DNA of 64,000 nt from Anthoceros angustus. Its lineage: Eukaryota; Plantae; Anthocerotophyta. The stretch spans positions 310,001 to 374,000 of the forward strand of contig MU008166.1 of the NCBI GenBank assembly GCA_010909165.1, written 5' to 3'. Below the pieces are notes generated by a model. It made no database searches and had not been told where the DNA came from. It saw nothing but the letters and a program-made list of their open reading frames with translations. A program made the position numbers and the translations under genes. Each line of letters begins with the position of its first letter. Position 1 is the first letter of the stretch. Below are positions 37,301 through 48,591 of the stretch, one piece after another.

Positions 37301-37370
37301 CCTACAAGAAGCGGGTGCAAACCACAACATTCGACATTCACATATCATTTTCGTCACGCTTCATTTCTAA
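34330..37370 (+). other. Duplicated, scrambled coding-like region upstream of the ParB module
   Basis: Two imperfect copies (~34330-35470 and ~35750-36950) of a segment reading AIMQLRESSHGSV..HAFNFVEQLSVKKLRDSLPRY..HTLLVTKKPHLHINDDINTHLL..QLKSALRDSKSVQD followed by a GTAAGT donor, then acidic/low-complexity exons. Confidence 0.45.
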
Positions 37371-37375
37371 CGCAG

Positions 37376-40300
37376 ATGCTCGAGATAAGGAAGGTGGATG
37401 AGGCATGGATGAAGTGCCTTGTTCGACGGATGAGGGGATTCCTGCAAGAGTGGAGCGTTGTTGCGAAGAAGAAGGGCGCTCCCACTTTTGTGCATGATTG
37501 ATCCGGCCACGGTGCTTGAAGAAGAAGATGCACCGGAGGAGATCGAGCTCAAAGATTACACCCTAGGGGTCTTTGGGAGGGAACCATTGCTATGCCATGC
37601 GACCATGCGAAATGTATCCGGAAGATAAATTTCAATGGCTTGAGGCCATGTATATGAGCTTGATAGAGGAAGAAATGCGGTGCCGGCGTGATCACAATGT
37701 GTATGCGACAAGAGGAAGAAGCTTGGTTTTATTGAACAAGTCCGCTACATACATGATGAGCTTGAGATTTTGTACCGGACACACCCGATGGAAAACCATG
37801 CGGTGGAAGTTCAATGTGTACAAGTTGGGGATGCCGGAGGAGGCTGGAAACTCAAGGACACGATTATGTAAGATGGTGGGAGGAAGACTGCCGTTGAGGA
37901 TTGCGAGTGCGGGGGTAAATTGTGGAGAACGTGGACACCATTTTCCATGTGGGAGAAGTGCGAACTCCCAGGCGGCGAGGCAGCCTGATCGGGGGCGGCG
38001 GCGGCGAAAGCGGAAGCCCTGACCCAACAGCGGCCGGTCCTCGGCCCCTCGTCCGGCTCCAATGCTCGGAAGGGCATGGAGAGCATTCAAGGAGTCCCGA
38101 AGGACGAAAGGTGAAGAGATGTTGATAGCGTGACCCGAAGGTCATCCAAAGACAAGTGCTTGAAGAAGAAGATGCACCGGAGGAGATCGAGCTCAAAGAT
38201 TACACCCTAGGGGTGCCGAGGGAACTATTGCTATGCCGCCATGCATAATCGTCGAAATGTATCCGGAAGATAAATTTCAATGGCTTGAGGGCCATGTATA
38301 TGCAGCTTGACAGAGGAAGAAATGGGCTGATCACAATGTGTATGCATAAGAGGAAGAAGCTTGGTTTTATTGAACAAGTACGCTACATACATGATGAGCT
38401 TGAGATTTGGCACCGGACACACCCGATGGAAAACCGACTGCGGAAGTTCAATGTGTACAAGTTGGGGATGCCGGAGGAGGCTGGAAAACCCAAGGACACG
38501 ATTATGTAAGATGGTGGATGGAAGACTGCTGAGGATTGCGAGGTGGGTAAATTGTGGGAGAACGTGGACACCATTTTCCATGTGGGAGAAGTGCGAACTC
38601 CAGCAGTGCAGACAATGGGGGACGCGGCGAAGCAAACGGAAGCCACAAGACCCAACTACAACAGCACCGCCCCTTAATCCCTCGTCCGGCTCCAATGCTC
38701 TAAGGGCATGGAGAGCATTCCAAGGAGTCCCAAGGACGAGAAGGTGAAGAGATGTTGATAGTGACCCGTAAGGTCATCCAAGGAAACCGCAGCTAAAAGA
38801 TATGGATACGATGTTGGCAGGAAGAAGATTAACCTTATCGAGCATGCCTTCGAAGGCTATGAAGTGTGCCACCTTGAAGTCGCCAAGCAGTTCCAAAACA
38901 TCTAGGCCAAGGAAGGGACGCTCCCACTTTTGTGCATGATTGATCCGGCACGGTGCTTGAAGAAGAAGATGCACGGAGGAGATCGAGCCCATTACACCCT
39001 AGGGGTCTGGGAGGGAACCATTGCTATGCCGCCATGCAGTATCCCCGGAAGATAAATTTCAATGGCTTGAGGGCCATGTATATGCGAGCTTGACAGAGGA
39101 AGAAATGCGGTCTTTGGCTGATCACAATGTGTGCGACAAGAGGAAGAAGCTTGGTTTTATTGAACAAGTCCGCTACATACATGATGAGCTTGAGATTTGG
39201 CACCGGACACACCCGATGGAAAACCATGCGGTGGAAGTTCAATGTGTACAAGTTGGGGATGCCGGAGGAGGCTGGAAACTCAAGGACACGATTATGTACG
39301 AAGATGGTGGGAGGAAGACTGCCGTTGAGGATTGCGAGTGCGGGGGTAAATTGTGGAGAACGTGGACACCATTTTCCATGTGGGAGAAGTGCGAACTCCC
39401 AGGCGGCGAGGCAGCCTGATCGGGGGCGGCGGCGGCGAAAGCGGAAGCCCTGACCCAACAGCGGCCGGTCCTCGGCCCCTCGTCCGGCTCCAATGCTCGG
39501 AAGGGCATGGAGAGCATTCAAGGAGTCCCGAAGGACGAAAGGTGAAGAGATGTTGATAGCGTGACCCGAAGGTCATCCAAAGACAAGTGCTTGAAGAAAG
39601 AAGATGCACCGGAGGAGATCGAGCTCAAAGATTACACCCTAGGGGTGCCGAGGGAACTATTGCTATGCCGCCATGCATAATCGTCGAAATGTATCCGGAA
39701 GATAAATTTCAATGGCTTGAGGGCCATGTATATGCAGCTTGACAGAGGAAGAAATGGGCTGATCACAATGTGTATGCATAAGAGGAAGAAGCTTGGTTTT
39801 ATTGAACAAGTACGCTACATACATGATGAGCTTGAGATTTGGCACCGGACACACCCGATGGAAAACCGACTGCAGGAAGTTCAATGTGTACAAGTTGCCG
39901 GGATGCCGGAGGAGGCTGGAAAACCCAAGGACACGATTATGTAAGATGGTGGATGGAAGACTGCTGAGGATTGCGAGGTGGGTAAATTGTGGGAGAACGT
40001 GGACACCATTTTCCATGTGGGAGAAGTGCGAACTCCAGCAGTGCAGACAATGGGGGACGCGGCGAAGCAAACGGAAGCCACAAGACCCAACTACAACAGC
40101 ACCGCCCCTTAATCCCTCGTCCGGCTCCAATGCTCTAAGGGCATGGAGAGCATTCCAAGGAGTCCCAAGGACGAGAAGGTGAAGAGATGTTGATAGTGAC
40201 CCGTAAGGTCATCCAAGGAAACCGCAGCTAAAAGATATGGATACGATGTTGGCAGGAAGAAGATTAACCTTATCGAGCATGCCTTCGAAGGCTATGAAGT

Positions 40301-43300
40301 GTGCCACCTTGAAGTCGCCAAGCAGTTCCAAAACATCTAGGCCAAGGAATTGGCGAAGTTTCAAACGACTTTTGCAGTGGTAAGTGAGTGTATTCGTTGG
40401 GAGTCGCGGTCGTGGCGCATTTGCAGATCTTGTGGTGGCCGGCGCCTCTGTTGTTTGTTACCGTAGGCGCAGTGCGCGCGCGCGCGCGCGCGCGCGCGCG
40501 CGCGCGCGCGCCGGTGCGCCGGTGACCGGCGCCCGGCGGTGACGGCCACTAGTCGTCGCCGCGCCTCCAGCACAGGTTGGTGGAGTCGCCGGCGCCACCG
40601 CAATCTGGTGGCCACGCCTCCTTCTGTCAATGAGTTTCGACCACCGTCTGCTTGCGTAAACCGGGAGACATTGAGGATCTGGAAAGCCTTCCAAAACCGT
40701 TTCAGGATTTTGTTTATAGCATGTGTAACTGGAAACGGATGGAAGAAGAGCGAAAACAAATGGCAGACAAGGACATGGATGCAAGGCTGAGCAGTTTCAG
40801 AGTGCCGGGGTCTTCGGACAAAGTGGCATACTAGGTGGTGCATCGCGACATTTTGGACATGAAAGGATTCTTGCCACCGAGGAGGTATACTCTTCTTTTC
40901 TGCGACCTCCCTCGAGGTTTACAGCGGCATGAGAATGACAAGGCTTTCGTTGAAGAAGAATTGAAAGAGCTCATCAGCTCTTTCAACGAGAAGACCACCA
41001 GCGATGTGTTCCGGATAATTCTGATGCATGGGGTGGATGGGGTGATTCAAGCCAGGGAGGCTTTGAGGTCGTGGTGCAGGAAAGGAGTCATTCGGACGGT
41101 ATGGAGAAAACCAACATCCCACCTAACGGTGGTCTTTGTGGAAAGCAGTGGAATATTTGGCGATGGGAGCGCGGTGAGGGCGAGTCCAATGTCGGAAAAG
41201 CTCCTCTTTTCGGCAAAGACATCAAGCAGTCAAGAGTTATCCGACATGGGAAGTGGTGAAGAAGGCGATTTACCACAGGTGATAAGATGGTCGTATCGCC
41301 ATATCGAAACCGTGGGCTTATTAGGCATGTTGGTGAACATGTTCTCCAACGAAGGCATGGATGAAGTGCCTTGTTCGATGATGCGCAGGTCACGAAGGGA
41401 CGCTCCCACTTTTGTGCATGATTGATCCAAAGACATGCTTGAAGAAAGAAGATGCACGGAGGAGATCGAGCCCGGCATTACCCTAGGGGTCTTTGGGAGG
41501 GAACCATTGCTATGCCGCCATGCGAACCTCGAAATGTATCCGGAAGATAAATTTCAATGGCTTGAGGGCCATGTATATGAGCAGAGGAAGAAATGCGGGT
41601 CTTGGCGGTTGATCACAATGTGTATGCGACAAGAGGAAGAAGCTTGGTTTTATTGAACAAGTACGCTATACATGATGAGCTTGAGATTTGGCACCGGACA
41701 CACCCGATGGAAACCCATGCGTGGAAGTTCAATGTGTACAAGTTGGGGATCTTTGGAGGAGGTGGAAACTCAAGGACACGATTATGTACGAAGATGGTGG
41801 GAGGAAGACTCTGAGGATTGAGGATTGCAGGTAAATTGTGGGAGAACGTGGACACCATTTTCCGGATGTGGGAGAAGTGCGAACTCCAGGCAGGCGGGAA
41901 GCAGCCGATCGGGGGCGGCAGGCGGCGAAAGCGGAAGCCACAAGACCCAACTACAACACGGCCGGTCCCTAATCGGCCCCCTCGTCGCTCCAATGCTCGG
42001 AAGGGCATGGAGAGCATTCAAGGAGTCCCGAAGGACGAGAAGGTGAAGATGTTGATAGCGGTGACCGGAAGGTCATCCAAGCTGCAGCTAAAAGATATGG
42101 ATACGATGTTGGCAGGAAGAAGATTAACCTTATCGAGCATGCCTTTGAAGGCTATGAAGTGTGCCACCTTGAAGTCGCCAAAGCAGTTCCCAAACATCTA
42201 GGCCAAGGAATTGGCGGTTTCAAACTTTTGAAAGTGGTAAGTGAGTGTATTCGTTGGGAGTCGGGGTCGGCACCAATCTTGTGGGTGGCCTCCCTGTTGT
42301 GCGTGGCGCAGCGCGCGCGCCGGCCGACCGCGACACCACAAGTGCGCCGGTGGCCGCCCGGCGCGCCGGTGGCGCCTCGCGCTGGCCGGCACTCGCCGTC
42401 GCCGGCGCCGACCGCGACTCCACTGCATTTTCGGTGGAGTGCGCCGGTGACCGCGACACCACAAGTGCGCCGGTGGCCGGCCTCCACGTCAATGAGTTGT
42501 CGACCACCGTCTGCTTGCGTAAACCGGAGACATTGAGGATTTGGAAAGCCAAAACCTTTCCAAGATTTTGTTTATAGCGCGCAATCGAAACGGATGGAAG
42601 AAGAGCGAAAACAAATGGCCGACAAGGACATGGATGCGGTGCGGTTTGAGTGCAGGTCTTGGACAAAGTGGCATATCGGTGGTGCATCGAGACATTTTGG
42701 ATATGAAAGGATTTTTGCCACCGAGGAGGTATACTCTTCTTTTCTGCGACCTCCCTCGAGGTTTACAGTGACATGAGAATGACAAGGCTTTCGTTGAAGA
42801 AGAATTGAAAGAGATCATCGCTCTTTCAACGAGAAGACCACCGATGTGTTAGGATAATTCTTATGCATGGGGTGGATGGGGTGATTCAAGCCGGGAGGCT
42901 TTGAGGTCTTGGTGCGGGAAAGGAGTCATTCAAAGTATGGAGAAAACCAACATCCCACCTAACGGTGGTCTTTGTGGAAAGCAGTGGAATATTTGATGGG
43001 AAGCGCGGTGAGGATGAGTCCAATGAAAGCTCCTCTTTTCCAAAGACATCAACAGTCAAGAGTTATCCGACATGGATGTGGTGAAGAAGGCGATTTACCA
43101 CCTGATAAGATGGTCGTATCGCCATATCGAAACCGTGGGCTTATTAGGCATGTTGGTGAACATGTTCTCCAACGAAGACCCGGATTGTTGGCCTTTGTGC
43201 GGGATCGGGATCATTTTGGTGGCGGGATACAGCGGAAAAGGAACGTTGTGGCCATTGACAAAGGCATACGATGCTCAATGTATATGTCACAACGAGTGAG

Positions 43301-45250
43301 CAGGTTGGAGGCGGTGGGTTCGAAGAAATAACAACAGATAAGTTTTCGGGCCACAGCAAGTTTTGGGCAAAGGAGATCCGTGCACGGAGATCGAGCTCAA
43401 AGATTACACCCTAGGGGTGCCGGAGGGAACATTGCTATGCCGCCATGCCATACCGCAAAATGTATCCGCGGAAGATAAATTTCAATGGCTTGAGGGCCAT
43501 GTATATGCGAGCTTGACAGAGGAAGAAGGGTGCGTTGATCACAATGTGTATGCATAAGAGGAAGAAGCTTGGTTTTATTGAACAAGTACGCTATACATGA
43601 TGAGCTTGAGATTTGGCACCGGACACACCCGATGGAAAACCGATGCGTGGAAGTTCAATGTACAAGTTGCCGGGATGCCGGAGGAGGCTGGAAAACCCAA
43701 GGACACGATTATGTAAGATGGTGGATGGAAGACTGCTGAGGATTGCGAGGTGCAGGGGTAAATTGTGGAGAACGTGGACACCATTTTCCGATGTGGGAGA
43801 AGTGCGAACTCCCAGGTGAACAAAGACAGTGACGACGGGCGCAAAGAAACGGAAGCCACAAGACCCAACTACAACGGCCCTAATCTCGTCCGGCTCCAAT
43901 GCTCAAGGGCATGGAGAGCATTCCAAGGAGTCCCGAAGGACGAGAAGGTGAAGAGATGTTGATAGTGACCCGAAGGTCATCCAAGGAAACCGCAGCTAAA
44001 AGATATGGATATGATGTTGGCAACAGGAAGAAGATTAACCTTATCGAGCATGCCTTCGAAGGCTATGAAGACTTCATCAAGTCGCCAAACGAGGCCAAGG
44101 AACCACAAGTTTCAAACAATGAAAGTGGTAAGTGAGTGTATTCGTTAGAGTGCGCCGGCCACCAAGATTTGCCGACCGCGACTTTGTTGTTTGTTAGTGG
44201 CAGGCGCGCGCGCGCGCGCGCGCGCGCGCGCCGCGAGTGCGCGCCGACCGATCGCTGGCTGACGGTGCGCCGGCCGACCGGCACTCGCTGAGTGCGCCGG
44301 CCGACCGCGACTCCTGCGGCCGCCGGTTCGGTGGAGGCGCCGACCGGCGACACCACAAGTGCGCCGGCCGACCGCGACTCCATCACTGCCAATGAGTTCT
44401 CGACCACCGTCTGCTTGCGTAAACCGGGAGACATTGAGGATTTGAAAGCCCGCCAAAACCTTTCCAAGATTTTGTTTATAGCGCGAATCGGAAACGGATG
44501 GAAGAAGAGCGAAAACAAATGGCCGACAAGGACATGGATGTGGTGAAAGCCAGAGTGCCCGGTCTTGGACAAAGTGGCATATCGTGGTGCATCGAGACAT
44601 TTTGGATATGAAAGGATTTTTGCCACCGAGGAGGTATACTCTTCTTTTCTGCGACCTCCCTCGAGGTTTACACGCATGAGAATGACAAGGCTTTCGTTGA
44701 AGAAGAATTGAAAGAGATCATCAGCTCTTTCAACGAGAAGACCACGAGCGATGTGTTCGGATAATTCTTATGCATGGGGTGGATGGGGTGATTCAAGCCG
44801 GGGAGGCTTTGAGGTCTTGGTGCGGGAAAGGAGTCATTCGGACGGTATGGAGAAAACCAACATCCCACCTAACGGTGGTCTTTGTGGAAAGCAGTGGAAT
44901 ATTTGATGGGAAGCGCGGTGAGGGCGAGTCCAATGTCGGAAAAGCTCCTCTTTTCGGCAAAGACATCAAGCAGTCAAGAGTTATCCGACATGGGAAGTGG
45001 TGAAGAAGGCGATTTACCACAGGTGATAAGATGGTCGTATCGCCATATCGAAACCGTGGGCTTATTAGGCATGTTGGTGAACATGTTCTCCAACGAAGGC
45101 ATGGATTGTTGGCCTTTGTGCGGGATCGGGATCATTTTGGTGGCGGGATACAGCGGAAAAGGAGCGTTGTGGCCATTGACAAAGGCATACGATGCTCAAT
45201 GTATATGTCTAGCAGTGAGCAGGTTGGAGGCGGTGGGTTCGAAGAAATAA
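37376..45250 (+). CDS. ParB/Srx-like domain fused via a probable intron to a beta-class amino (N6A/N4C)-type DNA methyltransferase fold; several partial tandem copies
   Basis: ParB-like consensus from the copies: LEIRKVDEAWMKCLVRRM..PLLCMIDPATVLEEEDAPEEIELKDYTLGVFGGNHCYAAM..FQWLEGHVYASLTEEEMRSLADHNV..RKKLGFIEQVRYIH (GGNH at 37576, ~39010, ~41497). GTAAGT donors at 40380, 42237, 44128. MTase: RYTLLFCDLPRGL (motif IV-like; 40904, 42748, 44653), VFRIILMHG, HIETVGLLGMLVNMFSNEG then WIVGLCAGSGSF.VAGYSGKRNVVAIDK (motif I; ~43190, ~45110, ~46245). Most complete units: ~41435-43330 and ~43390-45250. No copy is free of frameshifts. Confidence 0.72.
40474..40511. repeat. (GC)19 alternating run in the probable ParB-MTase intron
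   Basis: Uninterrupted GCGCGC.. at 40474-40511; the homologous position in another copy has (GC)14 at 44204-44231. Confidence 0.95.
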
Positions 45251-47390
45251 CAACAGATAAGTTTTCGGGCCACAGCAAGTTTTGGGCAAAGGAGATCCGT
45301 GCACGGAGGCATTGAAAATGCAAGTGTATAGCTTGCTTGGAAAGAAGGGTCGAATGAAGGACTCCGAGACCCGGGGACGGCGGTTGAAGACCAAGCGGCA
45401 TTGACAATATGGGATGAAAACGGCACACTACCACCGCACAATGTAGGCTGACGCTTCGCTTTGGTTGAAGGCGATGACTTTGGTGACACGGAAAAGGCGA
45501 GGATTTGGAAAATGTAGAAAGCGGTGCAGTTCAGACTCAATTTGGTTGAAGTAGATGACCCTTTGGGTAGCAGGACTTGTAGATGAGGGGCTCTGTCCGG
45601 TTGACGTATAATTCGTTTTGACCCTTCGTGGAAAATGCGACTTTGATTTGAATGCATATTACGTGTTTTGGACCCATAGTCTTGGCTCTGCCCTTTCCCA
45701 GTAAGTCTCGGAAGGGTCGGGCTTTGAAACAAAAGTGTGCATACATGGAAAAACCTCGATATTACTTACATTGTTCTAAGTGGAACTGCCATTCACATCT
45801 CTTTTAAAAACACGTGTTTTGCTTGATATGAGAAAGGGTGGCAACCTCATTCGCGCAAAAGAGGCTTTCAAGAATCCGCCCGATATTGCGCGAGTCTATT
45901 CATCACGTTTGAGTTTGAGCTTGATTTATGTGAGCTTGCTCTTATTGATTGCATAGAGGGAGCAACAAGCTTGACAAGTTCTTTGCTGGTCTTGACTTAG
46001 CCTCGATCTTGTAAACTTCACTTTTGCTAGCTGTCTTTGTGTGAGCTTGGTGTTTTCTGTGGATTCAGATAGACTCTTGCGGTAGCTCAATTGTGAGGAT
46101 TCTTCACGGGAGGGAGGGAGGGAGAGGGCCTCATGGGCATTCCGACATCTATCCAGTGCGGTTTGGCGGGGGCCATGGGCACATCAACACCTAGTGGTGT
46201 CTTGTCATGTCGCATGTAGTGTATGCTTGTCGTCGTCGTCCTTTGTGCGGGATCGGGATCATTTTGGTGGCCGGATACAACGGAAAGGCGTTGTGGCCAT
46301 TGACAAAGGCATACGATGCTCAATGTATATGTCACAACGAGTGAACGGGTTGGGCGGGCGACGAGTTCAAATAACAACAGATAAGTTTTCGGGCCACAGT
46401 TTTGGGCAAAGGAGATCTGCGGAGGCATTGGCGGAAAATGCAAGTGTATAGCTTGCTTGGAAAGAAGGGTCGAATGAAGGACTCCAGACCCGGGGACCGG
46501 CGGTTGAAGACCAAGCATTGACAATATGGGATGAAAACGGCACACTACCACGCAGACAACAGGCTCCGGCGTTTTACTGCAGTTGAAGGCGATGACTTTG
46601 GTGACACGGAAAAGGCGGGATTTGGAAAATGTAGAAAGCGGTGCAGTTCAGCTCAATTTGGTTGAAGTAGATGACCCTTTGGGTAGCAGGACTTGTAGAT
46701 GAGGGGCTCTGTCCGGTTGACCGGTATAATTCCGTTTTGACCCTTCGTGGAAAATGCCCGACTTTGATTTGAATGCATATTACGTGTTTTGGACCCATAG
46801 TCGCACCCTTTCCCAGTAAGTCTCGGAAGGGTGCGGACGGCCGTACAAACAAAAGTGTGCATACATGGAAAAAACCTCGATATTACTTACATTGTTCTAA
46901 GTGGAACTGCCATTGACACATCTCTTTTAAAAACACGTGTTTTGCTTGATATGAGAAAGGGTGGCAACCTCCGCCCAAAGCGCAAAAGAGGCTTTCAAGA
47001 ATCACCGATATTGCGCGAGTCTTCATCACGTTTAATGTGTTTGAGCTTGATTTATGTGAGCTTGCTCTTATTGATTGCATAGAGGAGCAACAAGCTTGAC
47101 AAGTTCTTTGCTGGTCTTGACTTAGCCTCGATCTTGTAAACTTCACTTATTGCTTGCTGTATCTTTGTTGTGTGAGCTTGGTGTTTTCTGGATTCGAGAT
47201 AGACTCTTGCGGTAGCTCAATTGTGAGGATTCTTCACGGGAGGGAGGGAGGAGAGGGCCTCATGGGCATTCCGACATCTATCCGTGCCTTTGGCGGGGGC
47301 CACGGGCACATCAACACCTAGTGGTGTCTTGTCATGTCGTCATGTTTGCATGTAGTGTATGCTTGTCATGTCGTCGTCCTTTGTGCAGTC
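45110..47390 (+). repeat. Tandem duplication of ~1.13 kb covering the MTase C-terminus and downstream sequence
   Basis: ~45115-46248 and ~46240-47386 are imperfect copies joined at the shared 9-mer CCTTTGTGC (46240-46248). Confidence 0.85.
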
Positions 47391-47480
47391 CGTCATGCAT
47401 GGCCGGGTGGTGATACGGTGACGTCTTGGAGTGTGGGCAGTTTCTTCGGTCGTCGTGTATTCACGCGGTGGAAGTGACAA

Positions 47481-47694
47481 CATTTGTTCATGCTGTCATC
47501 ATGTCACGTTGTGCACTGTAAGCATTTGTTCATGCTGTCATCGTATCACGTTGTGCACCTGTAGGCATCTGTTCATGCTGTCATCGTGTCACGTTGTGCA
47601 CCTGTAGGCATCTGTTCATGCTGTCATCATGTCACGTTGTGCACCTGTAGGCATCTGTTCATGCTGTCATCATCTCACGTTGTGCACCCGTGGG
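47481..47694. repeat. Minisatellite, 5 x 43 bp (first copy 42 bp)
   Basis: CAT(T/C)TGTTCATGCTGTCATC(A/G)T(G/A/C)TCACGTTGTGCACCTGTAGG at 47481, 47523, 47566, 47609, 47652. Confidence 0.95.
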
Positions 47695-48591
47695 CAATTG
47701 TTCCAACATGTGCATAATTTAATGTGCATTCTTGTGAATGCAATCTGCACCTAGCATTGCTCTGATACCATTACGAAATATGGAAATGGTGCAAACCAAT
47801 TGAGTATTTATCAATTACATTATTGTAGATATGCAAGAAAGCATTAGTAAATTGATTGTAGCAACTAGACTTATTCTAGTAGCCAAGAGACATGACCTTT
47901 GGCCTAGCGACGTAACCCTAATGAAAGGGTAAGCTAAATAAATTAAAGCTATATACACACATACACTAGATATAATAACTATAAGTAATAACTCAACACT
48001 CTATCTTCAATATGCACAGCCTTGCAAAGCCTGTACAGTGTGACAACATAGTCTAGTAAACTCAGCACCCAGAAACAGGGTGACAACATAGCAGATCTGG
48101 AAAACGCAGCCCCCGGAGCAATGTGAAAATAGAAACCTCGGGGCACGACAGCTTGCATTAATTCGTTGTCCTCCTCGCAGTACAGAGTGTTCATCCAATC
48201 GGGTTGTGCTCATCTCAAGACTGCAGAATGAACATGATCTATCAGGGCAACGAAACATATATCAGCAAAACGACAGCAGCGTTATAGCACCAGAATTTGG
48301 GTCACAAGTCTTCAGAGCCAAAAACATTTTAGAACGGTGCACTTGCAAAGCTGTATGGTGACAACACATTCTAGTAAACTCGGCACCCGTAAATGTGGTG
48401 ACAACATAGCAGATCGATAAACGCAGCCCAAACAATGTGAAAATAGCATCATCGGGCACGACTTGCATTAATTGCTCTCCGCACGCGACAGTGTTGATCG
48501 AATCGGGTTGTGCTCATCTCAAGACCATGATTGATCATGAACCACCGTAACTACATGCCTCGGTAAGAGTACTCACCTTCCTCGCTTGCTT

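Noticed and set aside
45400-45860. SET domain after the MTase
   Set aside because: No NHSC or ELxxDY motif could be recovered in any frame.
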